Below, piece after piece: positions 1-12,125 of a stretch of 64,000 nt of DNA (positions are counted from its first letter, which is position 1; each line of letters starts with the position of its first letter). A program made the translations under genes and the position numbers. Source of the DNA: Takakia lepidozioides (taxonomy: Eukaryota; Plantae; Bryophyta); the NCBI GenBank assembly GCA_030704615.1, contig CM060731.1, positions 6,386,001 to 6,450,000 of the forward strand, in the 5' to 3' direction. The notes beneath the pieces were generated by a model. It did not search any database. It saw nothing but the letters and a program-made list of their open reading frames with translations, and was not told where the DNA came from.

Positions 1-2569
1 CTAAATTCTTTCCAAGCCAAATCCAACATGATGGGAATTTGGTTGAAGGGCATAATCATAGCCCTACTGTACTCCCTGGCAGCTGGAGTTTTAGGTGGGT
101 TAAAAGCTGCATTGCCCCATACCTCCGGCTGTGGTGGCTGTGGTGTGGTTGTAGTAACCACAGGTTCAGCTACTGGTACACTGACCTGTTGTGGTGGTGG
201 TGGTACTGGTTCCTGTACCATTGGCATCTCCTGCACCTCCTGTGAAGACTGAAAAGCCAGAGTTCTGGCTTGCAAATAAGAAGCCATTAGCTGTTCCTGA
301 GGGATATAGACTCTTTGGTCGATGTTTGAAGTGAGGTCTTCCACTTGAGTCTGGAGTCCGTCTACATCCTCTTGTAACTCTGCTATCCTACTATAGACAT
401 TGTCTATAGTAGTTGTGGCAATGTTCTGCACCTGCAGTCTAAGCTCATTCATCTCGCTTTGGGTGAGCTTCCGTGGGGCTTTGCCTTCTACTGGCCCTTG
501 TGCTAACCAGACCTGCATAAGGCTGTTATCCACCAAGCTGCTTGTGGTTCCCCTGAGAGTTTGCTCCTCTCTTAGCTTATACAATTCCAACTGCTGTTGT
601 AAAGCCTTCATGCGCTTCGCCTGTGGCTCAACCAATTGCGCATAGGCAGCAAGTAGATTATTGGCTTCTTTCGAAGCCTTGTTACTGACCGCGATTTCAT
701 TTCTATTGGCCACGATGGTTTGTTGCAACTCCACGATGTATTTCTCTTGCTCAGCTTCCATCTGCCTGTATTGCTTGAAAGTATCTTCATTGCGACAGAT
801 TGTATTCTTCATATCGACAATGAGCTTCATGTGCTCCACATTCTCTTCTTCTGCCTTCGTACATTTTTCCGCTTGACTGTTTATTTCTTTTGTTGATTGG
901 TCAAGCATAGTTGTAAATGTAGCACATTGTATCGCCATCCTGTTATGCACTGTCTGCAACTCCGTATGTAGTGCATTCAGTTCTTGCAACTTGCTTTCAT
1001 GCTGCACCTGCATTTGGTATAGCTGTTGCTTATGTGCTTCGTGCAACTGGTCTTGCGCGAGGCCTGCCTCAATCAATTGTTGCTTGGCCAATTGCAAAGC
1101 CATTTCTGTATTGGCCAAGTCCTGCTTCATCTTGAGAGTGACCTCTTCATCGACCTTGTTTGCACACTCAGTGGCAAGTCGAGCCTCAAACTCCTTCCTG
1201 AGTTCTTCTTTCAAGGCTGTCAATTGGGTAATTGGAACATGGGTTTTGACATAAGTCCCCAACAAATTAAGTGTCCTGCCTATGGAACTCATCAGCATTG
1301 TCTGTTGAGGGTCATCATGGTGAGGTTGCTGCTGTTCCTCCTGATCTTCAACAGTATGATGTCTCACTAACCATTCAGACCATTGTCCCACCGGATTTTC
1401 TTCCTGAACTACTTCATTTATGACCGGTGCTACAGTGTCATGGCCTTCCGCCTGTGGTACCTCCGACACAGGTGTGTGCATTATATGTACCTCAGGATTT
1501 CTCTTGGGCAACTGTTGCACCTCTGGGATTTCTGTCTGCTTGACCAGACCAGAATATTCATAGAGAGGTCCCTTTCTCTATTTCTGCCACTATCTGTTCT
1601 GTAGTTGGAATATCTATCCCTTCACTTTCCAAATCAATTATTTCGGGTTGAGCTGCATGGATAACTTGTGACCTTGTGACAAGTCGTTCAAGTGGCTGTG
1701 TTTGTTGTGATGCAGAAGTAACTTCTTCCTCCCTCTCTGAAGGTCCTGCTTCCAGTAATAACATTCTTTTGTGCTGCTGTGCCCCTTCCTGGTCATGAGC
1801 TTGGGAAACATTATCATGCGGAATCCGTGAAGCCAGTGGATCTGCCACTACAGTCTTTCCCCTTCTCTGCCTCTTAGTCTCGGGTTGTGCTGCTAGTCCA
1901 CCCTCACTGTGTGAAGAGCCTTGGTCTTCCATTGCAGTTGTTTCTGGCTCAAACACTCCCATTTCCTTCCTTTCTTGTGCATTAAGTATGCCAGAATCAA
2001 GGATTATTTGAGCAATGATTGGGCCAGACACTATGATAGGAGATTTTGCGGTAGTACCTTGTAATCTTTTCATCTCCTCTACCAGTGCGTTGTACATTAT
2101 GTCCGCCCATGGTACCTCTTGTCCCTTCAAGCCTTTGAGGATTTCTCTGTGAAGGATCTGCTCAAATATTGTTGGTTCTGTTTCAGGGCAATCAGAACGT
2201 TCAATACTTGGCCTATGTCTTTTAACCCTGGGTACACAGCTTTGGTACAAGCATAACCCTGAGTTTTAAAGAAACTCCCTTCTTGGAATAAATCCCCTAT
2301 TTGCAGTCTTTCCCTGTGTTCCTCCACATACACATGACCTGCTGGCAATCGAAACAATTGCTGGAGGTATAGGGGAGTAATCATTAATTCAACTCCCTTC
2401 ACCGTTGTTGTTCCTGTCTTTGGCTCAAAGTTCTGCAAAAATTGTAACATGTACCTTCCAATCTCAGCTCCTTCAGTATCTTTATCGCCTGTGGGGTAGC
2501 CATCGTTTGTTTCTGCAGAATTGTGGTGCTCTTCACCCTGATTTCCTCCATTCCTCTCACTCTCTTCAT
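1..2569 (-). pseudogene. Extra (env-like position) ORF of the gypsy element; long coiled-coil protein, frameshifted, runs off the window
   Basis: ORFs 2399-2794, 2127-2450 and 1558-2250 join by frameshifts (MKRVRG...ELRLEG / MLQFLQNF... / ILKGLKGQEVPWADIMYNAL). An open frame from ~1250 to base 1 reads LKEELRKEFEARLATE...LQELNALHTELQ...QEPVPPPPQQ. Confidence 0.7.
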
Positions 2570-3225
2570 CTTAGACTCACAGAACTGCTTTGGCTGTAAC
2601 AACTGCAGGAATGCCTGTAGTGCACAAAGCAGAAACGTATGGTTGCCGCAGAAAGCTATGGGTAATCTCTTGTAAGCCTGCGGGGCTTGCAAGCATTGTT
2701 CAAGAGAAAAGCTCTGCTCTTTCGTTTCGTGTCTCTGCCATTGCGTAAGTAATATTGCGAGCGTATAGTCTGTTAGTTCCTCCATAGTTTCCAAGTTATA
2801 GCATTTATGGCCTGTCCTGTCGAGACGCCCGTTACTCAGAACGACGCCGCCTCTTGCGCTTAATTTCCCTCCATTTTCTTGATCATTTCTCTGGTTTTCT
2901 ATTGGCTGTCCGCTGTGACTGGATTTTAACTTTTATCTTCTTTAGTGGACTTTCCCTGTTGGATAGTCCACTAGGATCACACATGCGACATGAATTCAGT
3001 TTTTCCGTATTCATTAATGGGCCCGCCTTTCATCCCTTTTGACGGCCGTTCTTGTCCTCTTTCTTTTTGACACCTGTCCTTGCACTTCATTCTCTGCTGT
3101 GTGTCGCACCCTGACCTCCACGTGTCTATTTTTAAATTAATTTCCGTTTCTCTTCCTTCAGCCATTTTCCTGAAGTTTTTATGTGTCCACTTGTCACTGA
3201 TTCTATGGATCGTGTAACTTTAGTA

Positions 3226-3555
3226 GGCTGTGTTGAGCTGTGACAGGCTGTGTCATACTGTGTTACGCTGTGATAGGCTGTGTTGCACGGGTAAGCTGTG
3301 ATAGGCTGTGTTGCACTGTGTAAGCTGTGATAGGCTGTGACACGCTGCGGTAGGTTGTGATAGGCTGTGTCACGCCGTGCTGGGCTGTGATAGGCTGTGT
3401 CACGCCGTGATGGGCTGTGATAGGCTGTGTCACGTTGTGACGGGCTGTGATAGGCTGTGTCACGCCGTGATGGGCTGTGATAGGCTGTGTCACGCCGTGC
3501 TGGGCTGTGATAGGCTGTGTCACGCCGTGATGGGCTGTGATAGGCTGTGTCACGT
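3226..3555. repeat. 30-bp tandem repeat (~10-11 copies) between pol and the extra ORF
   Basis: Unit GCTGTGATAGGCTGTGTCACGCCGTG(A/C)TGG; the array is more degenerate at its left end. Confidence 0.95.
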
Positions 3556-3689
3556 TTGTTTTGCCCCCCCGGTCATATATACTGGGCCTAGCGACAAGTG
3601 TTCCATACTCCGTTCGTAACACTGGTGCAGCCCGTGACTGCTCTTGCGGTTCAACATGCAAATCATGCTGCAGGGTTTGTCATGGATAC

Positions 3690-6419
3690 CACTGTACCCC
3701 TTCAACTTATTTGCATTGACTCTTCCCAGCATTTCTTTGTTAATGGTTTGTAACATGGCTGTGTTGTTATCATACATCTTTTGTATGACATAAGGTCCTT
3801 TCCATGGTGATTTAAGCTTAGAAGCTTGAATCTTTCCTTTCTTCTGCAACATAGAACCAAATCCCCCGTCTTAAAAGTCTTTAACTTGCCTTCATCAAAC
3901 TGTTCCTTTCGCTTCATCTGAATTCTGGTCATATTATCAGCTGCATCAGCACGTATTTCTTCTTCCACATGGTATAATTCATGTTTTCTGACTTGATGGA
4001 GTCTTGCAATTCCATTCTTTTTCCCCACTCCGTTCTCATGGTAGGTAACAGGAATTCCACTGGAAGTAAGGCTTCCATACCATAAACTAATTGGAATGGT
4101 GTATACTTTGTGGTGACTTTATACGAAGTCCTGTATGACCATAAAGCTGTCAGCAGCTTTGTATCCCAATCCGTTCTGTTTGCATTGACTATCTTAGCCA
4201 AGATAGTACATAGTATTTTGTTGGTAGCCTCTGCCTGCCCATTACCCTGTGGGTAATATGTTGTACTCTTTCTATGCACAATCATAAACTCTTTAGTCAA
4301 TAACTCAATGGTCTCATTCATGAAGTGACTTCCTTGATCACTGATAAATTCTAAGGGACATCCAAATCGTGTAAGTATGTTCTCGTACAGGAACCTTGCT
4401 GTGGACTTGGCTGTGTTGTCCCTCAAAGCTTTAGCTTCCACCCACTTTGTAGTATAATCAGTGGCTGTAATTATGTACCTGTTTCGTGTATTCTTGGATG
4501 GTGGATTAATTGGTCCAACAAAGTCTAGTCCCCATTTCTGAAATGGTTCCGTAGGCATTGTAGGATGCAAGGCCATTCTTCCAGATCTCTGCAAAGGTCC
4601 TAGCCTCTGACATTCATCACACACTTCTGACAATACTCATGTACATCTTTGAACAAAGTAGGCCACCAGTATCCTGCGAGTAGTATCTTTCTACTGGTAG
4701 TCTCTTCTCCAAAATGACCTCCAGCCACTCCTTTATGAACTTCCTCCAAGACTTTATTTACTTCATGGTGGTACAAGCATCGTTTTAGTACTCCATCAGG
4801 TCCTAACTTATACATTCTGCTTCCTACCATAGTATAAGGTAAAGCTCTGATAGCAATTCTCTTCCTCTGCTCCTTACCATAACTAGGTGGGCACTGACCA
4901 TGAGCAAGGTAGTATCTGATTGGCCACTGCCAATCTAACCATTCATCTGCACTTCCTTGCACCTCCATTACAAATAAACTCGCATCAGGTAACTGATCGT
5001 CCACTCCTGTGGCGGCCTCTCCTGTTGTTAGTCGTGACAAATGATCTGCCACAAGATGCAAACGGCCAGGCTTGTAAATAACCTCGAACTCAAACTCATG
5101 CAAGATTATTAACCACCTCGCTATCCTTCCACTTATCAAAGGTTTGTTCACCAGATATATCAGAGCCTGGTGATCCACATAAAACATAAACTTTCTTCCC
5201 AATAGGTAATGCCTGAATTTCTTCACTGCATAGATCATTGCCAATGCTTCTCTTTCCGTTGTGCTATAGTTCCTCTCAGCACTGTTCATCAACCGGCTAG
5301 CATAGTACACAGGTGAATCTATATTCCCTGTAACATTCTGGGCTAACACCGCTCCCAACGCTTCTCCTGATGCATCGCAGTGAACATGAAATACTACATG
5401 CCAGTGAGGGTTAATCAGCACAGGTGTAGTTGTTACTGACAGTGTAAGTTCCTCAAACGCCTGTTGACATTCAGCTGTCCATGCAAACACTGCATCTTTC
5501 TTCAGAAGCTTGCTCAATGGTGCTGCTATTTGTGCATACTTTTTGACAAATCTTCTGTAATAACTGGTTTGCCCAAGGAATCTCCTTAAACTCTTAACAT
5601 TCTGGTGGTGAGAGACTTTAATGGACTCTGTCTTCCTGGGATCCACAAGAAGTCCTTCTTACACCTATGTGTCCCAGAAGCACCCCTGAGTTCACACAGA
5701 AGTACACTTCTCTGGATTCAAGCCCACCCTCTCATCCTGCATCTGGCCAGGCATAACTCCAATTTATGCAAGTGCTCATTCTTAGAGCTGTACACACTGA
5801 AATCATCCAAAAACACCTGCATGAAATCATCCGATACTCTTGAAAAGATTCACTTATCACTCTCTGGAAGGGTCGCTGGTGCATTACAAAGTCCAAAGGG
5901 CATGACTTTGTATGCATAAGCCCCCAGTCTGTGATGAAAGCTGTTTTCCCTTGGTCTTCTTCTGCCACTTGCACTTGATTATAACCACTGAAGCCATCCA
6001 TGAATGAGTTACATCTCATGGCTGCCACAGTGTCATACTGCTTCTGTGAATGGCAAAGGGAAAGGATCTTTCTTCGTACAAGCATTCAGCTTCTTATAGT
6101 TTCACACATACTCTTAGTTTGCCATTCTTCTTGGGAACTATAACAATGGGGGACAACCAAGTTGTATACTCTATTGGGTATATAACTTAGCCTCAGCCAC
6201 TTCTTATCTCTTCTCCAACCTTCTGTGCGTAGTTGGGATTCATTCTAATCCTCGCCTGCTTGATTGGTACTGACCCTGGTTCCATTTCAATTTTATGCTG
6301 ACAGACTTCATGTGTATCCCTTTAGATCCTCATAGCTCCAATCAAATACATCTCTATATTTGATGCACAATCTTTTAGCTTCTTCGAAGAACTCCGGCTC
6401 CAAATCAGCTCCCTACTTT
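3690..6419 (-). pseudogene. Gypsy pol (RT, RNase H, integrase), frameshifted
   Basis: RT FMDGFSGYNQ..KTAFITDWG; RNaseH CDASGEALGAVL..NYSTTEREALA..DHQAL; integrase GGHFG..YWWP, WGLDFVGP, ISDQGSHF, PQGNGQAE, WKGPY. Confidence 0.95.
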
Positions 6420-6919
6420 NNNNNNNNNNNNNNNNNNNNNNNNNNNNNNNNNNNNNNNNNNNNNNNNNNNNNNNNNNNNNNNNNNNNNNNNNNNNNNNNN
6501 NNNNNNNNNNNNNNNNNNNNNNNNNNNNNNNNNNNNNNNNNNNNNNNNNNNNNNNNNNNNNNNNNNNNNNNNNNNNNNNNNNNNNNNNNNNNNNNNNNNN
6601 NNNNNNNNNNNNNNNNNNNNNNNNNNNNNNNNNNNNNNNNNNNNNNNNNNNNNNNNNNNNNNNNNNNNNNNNNNNNNNNNNNNNNNNNNNNNNNNNNNNN
6701 NNNNNNNNNNNNNNNNNNNNNNNNNNNNNNNNNNNNNNNNNNNNNNNNNNNNNNNNNNNNNNNNNNNNNNNNNNNNNNNNNNNNNNNNNNNNNNNNNNNN
6801 NNNNNNNNNNNNNNNNNNNNNNNNNNNNNNNNNNNNNNNNNNNNNNNNNNNNNNNNNNNNNNNNNNNNNNNNNNNNNNNNNNNNNNNNNNNNNNNNNNNN
6901 NNNNNNNNNNNNNNNNNNN
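6420..6919. other. Assembly gap (500 N)
   Basis: Run of N. Confidence 1.
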
Positions 6920-7066
6920 TATTGTTTTTTGCTGACCATTGCATTAAATTAATGTTTATAATGTTTTTTATTTCGAAATTTGTACTACTGCGACTTTATT
7001 TGCTCATTAAACCCGATTTGCTTTCTACTTTGCCTCTCATGCCGCTCATGCCTGAAATGCTACCTC

Positions 7067-7495
7067 CATGGCGGCCATGTTCTTCTTCATTCTGTAAACA
7101 TATCAAATGTCGTCCAAATGATGACTACAAATTCATCTAAAAATTCTCGAAGATGTCATTCATCGATGTTGGAAATTAATTGCTAGGAGCTTTGTAAGAC
7201 CGGAAAGGCATAACACTGTATTCAAATGTCCATACCTTGTTCGAAAAGTTATTTTTCCATTCGTCTTCTTCTTTTATCCGTTCAAGAATTAAGCGCCGCT
7301 CAATTGATTTTGGTGAAACTCTTCGCTTGTCCTAGCTGGGTCGAGAAGCCCAGAAATCAGCGCAACGGATAACGATTCTTGATTGTGCTTTTGTTGAGAC
7401 CGCGATAGTCGACACACCATGTGTAATGATCCCTCCTTCTTTGTCACAACAAGATAGGCGCCCCCCGCGGGTGATTTTGAATGTCGGATGACGTG
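7067..7495 (-). pseudogene. Chromovirus RT, 5' part, indel-rich; the missing upstream piece of the element at 12945
   Basis: IRHSKSPAG..KKEGSL..DYRGL. Nucleotide similarity to 35170-35565. Ends at GAAGAAGAACATGGCCGCCATG. Confidence 0.85.
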
Positions 7496-8919
7496 TGTCG
7501 TGCGCATACATATCGCTACACAACTACATCGTTTGTCCAAAACCACTACACACATGTGCACACCACACACTAGTTATACAACTGTTCACCACTAGTCCCA
7601 CTATCCCAAAACCACTAGGCTACAACTAGTCAGTCACTAGGCTGCCATATGCTGCCACTATGGCAGTCACTAGTCCACGCATTTCATTCCACTGCAAAAA
7701 AAGTCTGATACATGAAAATGCAATTGAAAATATCCATGTGGATGATTCCCTTTGCCCCCATCAATGATTTCTGGAATCCCTAAGGGGATTTGTGTAGCTC
7801 GTTCACGCTCAACGCCGATCGCGTTGAGCGTGAACGAGCTGACAACTCCTCCTTAGTCCTTTTCGTCTCACTGGACGGGTATGAACATCTCATTCCAAAT
7901 GTTGGCCTCTTCGCAACAATGGCGTGTCCGCTCCCGAAGGCCTCTCTCTCGCAAGCCGCCGCCCGAGGAGGGAACTCAAAGAAGAATATACCGTCGACGT
8001 CTGCGGGAAGGCATGTAACCGATTTAATTGCGAACTTGCTGTAGTCTAGCCTGCCAGCTCCGAGCGGTGTCCCTCCATGTGAAGCCCCCCCTCGAAATTT
8101 TCAAAATGGATCGACTGCGGTGCTGGGTGCTGTAGTGCACTGGGAATATGACTCCCTCGTCCATTGACGTCCATTGAGGACTTGCCTGATCTCCAGGACG
8201 ATCTCGGAACTTCCATGACCTCGTCTGAGTCCGGACAGGTTTAAAACAACCCGGTTCTCGTTCGCTTCATTGATGGGTTCGGCTCTGGATTACTTCGTTG
8301 CGGACTTCTCTCTTTGAGGTACCCCACACTCGATTCGCCGATTGTTTCGTGGAAGGCGCCAGGATAGAAGGTGCATTTGGCGGGCAAATGAAGTCCCCAA
8401 CAGCCCTGTATATGACACTGTCCGATGGTGGAACTCGTCATTCCCTGCCATCAGTGGAGCACAACAATACTCTCGACACCACCGCCGTTTGATTCCTTCT
8501 TTTCCTCTTCCAAAAAACCGACCCCCCCGTTTCAGGTGTATCGAACGCACAGATATTTCTCCATCACACGGCAGATGTCCCCTCTGCACGAAAGAAGCTC
8601 TTGCTCGTGAGGAGGGCAGTACCTGTAACGCTCGGTTTTTTTCCGCCATGGGAGATGTGCACACAAGACAGCCAGGATGGCGTGCGGGCAAGCTCCCTGG
8701 TAAGAAGGGGGATGCAACAATGGGAAGGAATGCGGGTGCCGATTTGTCCGTGCGACGAAGCCTGATCCAAATCAGGGAGCCCAACTATCTCAAACATCCA
8801 CAGTCAGAGTGTTAATGAACCTTGTCTCCGGAATGTGACCCCCTGGTCTTTGCGCAATAACTGCCAACGATATGCAGGTCAGAAAGTGGGGGGCCGTCCC
8901 GGATGATGTCGGCTGAAGG

Positions 8920-10045
8920 GGAGGAGTCGGCACCGGGCCGTCACATTACTACCCCCGGATGGAAATTCGGCACCGAATATATCCAACAACAGGGCTGCCC
9001 GGTTGAAGTCGCCTCGGGCAAAGAGGCCGGCACCTGTCCGACGAGAAAATCCCCCGGATGAAAATTCAGAGCCGAATTTCCATCCGACCCCCCAAAGGAA
9101 GTCCCTGTCGGGGTCAGGCCGAAAACTGGCCGACATAAAAACCTCCCCGGATGGAAAAACGGCACCGAATTTCCATCCGGGGCCGTTCGGATGCAGTCGG
9201 CCCGGGGGAGGCCGGCACCTGGCCGTCACATAACAACCCCCCGACGAAAAATTGGCACCGAATATCCAACAGGGGACGCCCCGGATGAAGTCGCCTCGGG
9301 CGGAGAGGCCGGCACCTGTCCGACAGAGAGCATCCCCCGGATGGAAATTCGGCGCCGAATTTCCGTCAGGCCCCCCCAAAGGAAGTCCTGTCGGGGGGTC
9401 AGGCCGAAAACTGGCCGACATAAAAAACCGCTCCCCGAATGGAAAAACAGCGCCGAATTTCCATCCGGGCGTTCGGATGCAGTCGGCTTCGGGGGGAGAG
9501 GTCGGCACCTGGCCGTCACGTTACAACCCCCGGATGGAAATTCGGCACGAATATCCAACAGGGGACGCCCGGATGAAGTCGCCTGCCTCGGGCGGAGAGG
9601 CCGCACCTGTCCGACAGAGAGTATCTCCCGGATGGAAATCGGCGCCGAATTTCCATCCGGGCCCCACAAGGAAGTCCTGTCGGGGGTCAGGTCGAAAAGT
9701 GGCCGATATAAAACCTCCCCGGATGGAAAAACGACGCCGAATGTTTTCCATCGGGACTGTTCGGATGCAGTCGGCTCGGGGGGAGAGGGCGGCACTTGGC
9801 TGTCAAAATACAAATTCGGCACCGAATATCCAACAGGGAACGCCCGGATGAAGTCGCTTCGGGGCGGAGAGGCCAGCACCTGTCCGACAGAGAGCATCCC
9901 CCGATGGAATTCGGGGCCGAATTTCCTCCGGGTCCGGTCCCCCCAAGGAAGTCGTATCAGGGGGTCCTAGCTGAAAACAAGCCGACATAAAAACCTCCCG
10001 GGATGGAAAAACGGCGCCGAATTTCCGTCCGGGGCCGTTCGGATT
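8920..10045. repeat. GC-rich tandem repeat, ~290-bp unit, ~4 copies
   Basis: cggcacc(t/g)ggccgtcac-like anchor recurs at ~8928, 9213, 9503 and 9790; each unit has several ggatggaaattcggcgccgaatttcc-like palindromes. Confidence 0.92.
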
Positions 10046-10149
10046 TCCCCTATAGCAGTCGAGAATTCCCTGAAAAAACGTGTCTAAAAGTGGACTTCAG
10101 CCAAAAACTAAAGGTTTAGTGTTTTTTTAGACCAAAAACCTAGCGGCCA

Positions 10150-11010
10150 CGCTCAGAATTACCTGCAGGATGGTAATCCGGCGCTTCGACTTACCTGGCG
10201 GATGGAAATTCGGCGCCGAATTTCCATCCAGCAGCGATCCAAGGTACCTGCTGGATGGAAATTCGGCGCCGGATTTCTGTCCATCCGGGCTCCAAATTAC
10301 CTGCAGGATGGAAATTCGGCACCGGATTTCCATCCATCCGCTCTCCGATCTCTCTCCTAATTACCTGCATGACGGAAATTCGGCGCTCCGAGTTACCTGC
10401 AGGATGGAAATTCGGCGCCTGATTTCCATCCATCCCCCCTCCGAATTACCTGCCTGACGGAAATTCGGCGCTCCAAGTTACCTACAAGATGGAAATTCGG
10501 CACCGGATTTCCATCCGGCCGCGCTCCGACTTAGCTGGCGGATGGAAATCCAGCGCCGGATTTCCATCCATCCGCCCTTCGTATTACCTGCATGACGGAA
10601 ATTTGACGAGCTGACTTACCTGGTGGATGGAAATCCGGCGCCGGATTTCCATCCATCCGCCCTTCGTATTACCTGCATGACGGAAATTTGCAGCGCCAAC
10701 TTACCTGGAGGATGGAAATCCGGCGCCGGATTTCCATCCATCCGCTCTTCGAATTACCTGCATGACAGAAATTTTGCGCGCCGACTTAGCTGACGGATGG
10801 AAATCCGCGCCGATTTCCATCCATCCGCTCTTCGAATTACCTGCATGACGGAAATTTTGCGCGCCGACTTACATGGAGGATGGAAATCCGTCGCCGGATT
10901 TCCATCCATCCGCGCTCCGAATTACCTGCATGACAGAAATTTTGTACCTGGCGGATGGAAATCCGGCGCCGGATTTCCATCCATCCGCTCTTCGAATTAC
11001 CTGCATGACT
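10150..11010. repeat. Palindromic tandem repeat, ~60-90-bp units
   Basis: Core GGATGGAAATTCGGCGCCGAATTTCCATCC (perfect 30-bp palindrome at 10200-10229) alternating with ttacctgcatgac. Confidence 0.92.
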
Positions 11011-12125
11011 AGAAAAATGGCGCCGAATTTCCGATTTTGGTGCCAGTCAGATCTGGGACTTAGTCATTTCGGCCCCCGAACTGGAAAAATGGCGCCGAAA
11101 AAAAAAAAAAAAAAAAAAAAAACGTCATTTTTTCAGTTTGGGGCCGAAAATGGCTAAGTCCCAGATCTGACTGGCACCAAAATCGGAATTCGGCGCCATT
11201 TTTCCAGTTCTGGGCCCAGTCAGATGTAGGACTTAGCCATTTTCGGCCCCGAAATGGAAAAATGGCGCCATTTTTCCAGTTCAGGGCCTCGAAAATGGCT
11301 AAGTCCGCTGGAACCGCAACTGGAAATTCGGCACCATTTTTTTCAGTTCCGCGCCCTATCAGATTCTGGGACTTAGCCATTTTCGGCCCCAAACTGGAAA
11401 AATGGCGCCATTTTTCCAGTTTGGGGCTGAAAATGGCTAAGTCCCCTAGGGTGGCTGGCACCAAAATCGGAAATTCGGCGCCATTTTTTCAGTTCTGGGC
11501 CTAGTCAGATCTGGGACTTAGCCATTTTCGGCCCCGAACTGGAAAAATGGCGCCGAAAAAAAAAAAAAAAAAAAACGTCATTTTTCCAGTTCGGCCCCGA
11601 AAATGGCTAAGTCCCAGATCTGACTGGCACCAAAATCGGAAATTCGGCCCCGCCATTTTTCCAGTTCCGGCCCAGTCAGATCTGGGACTTAGCCATTTTC
11701 GGCCCCGAAATGGAAAAATGGCGCCATTTTTCCAGTTCAAGGCCCGAAAAATGGCTATGTCCCTAGGGTGGCTGGAACCGCAACCGGAAATTCGGCGCCA
11801 TTTTCCAGTTCCCGCGCCCTGTCAGATCTGGGACTTAGCCATTTTTGGCCCCGAACTGGAAAAATGACGCCATTTTTCCAGTTCGGGGCCGAAAATGGCT
11901 AAGTCCCTAGGGTGGCTGGCAGCAAAATCGGAAATTCGGCGCCATTTTTCCAGTTCCGGGCCCAGTCAGATCTGGGACTTAACCATTTTCAACCCCGAAA
12001 ATGGCTAAGTCCCTAGGGTGGCTAGAACCGCAACCGGAAATTCGGCGCCATTTTTCTAGTCCGCGCCCAGTCAGTTCTGGGACTTAGCCATTTTCGGGCC
12101 CAACCTAGGAAAATGGTGCCGAAAA
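11011..12125. repeat. Foldback-type repeat, ~460-bp higher-order unit with poly-A loops
   Basis: tcagatctgggacttagccattttcggcccc and its reverse complement flank poly-A tracts at ~11098 and ~11556; GGCGCC cores recur. Confidence 0.9.

Larger units (their letters stand above)
1..6419 (-). mobile_element. Ty3/gypsy LTR retrotransposon, non-chromovirus (Athila/Tat-like), partial
   Basis: Minus-strand RT-RNaseH-integrase order, then a tandem array and a long extra ORF. Both ends are missing (window edge and N gap). Confidence 0.88.

Noticed and set aside
6322-6944. Three long ORFs in the track
   Set aside because: Artefacts of translating the N gap.
8879-11867. 200-260 aa ORFs on both strands
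   Set aside because: Produced by GC-rich palindromic repeats lacking stops; no domain signal.
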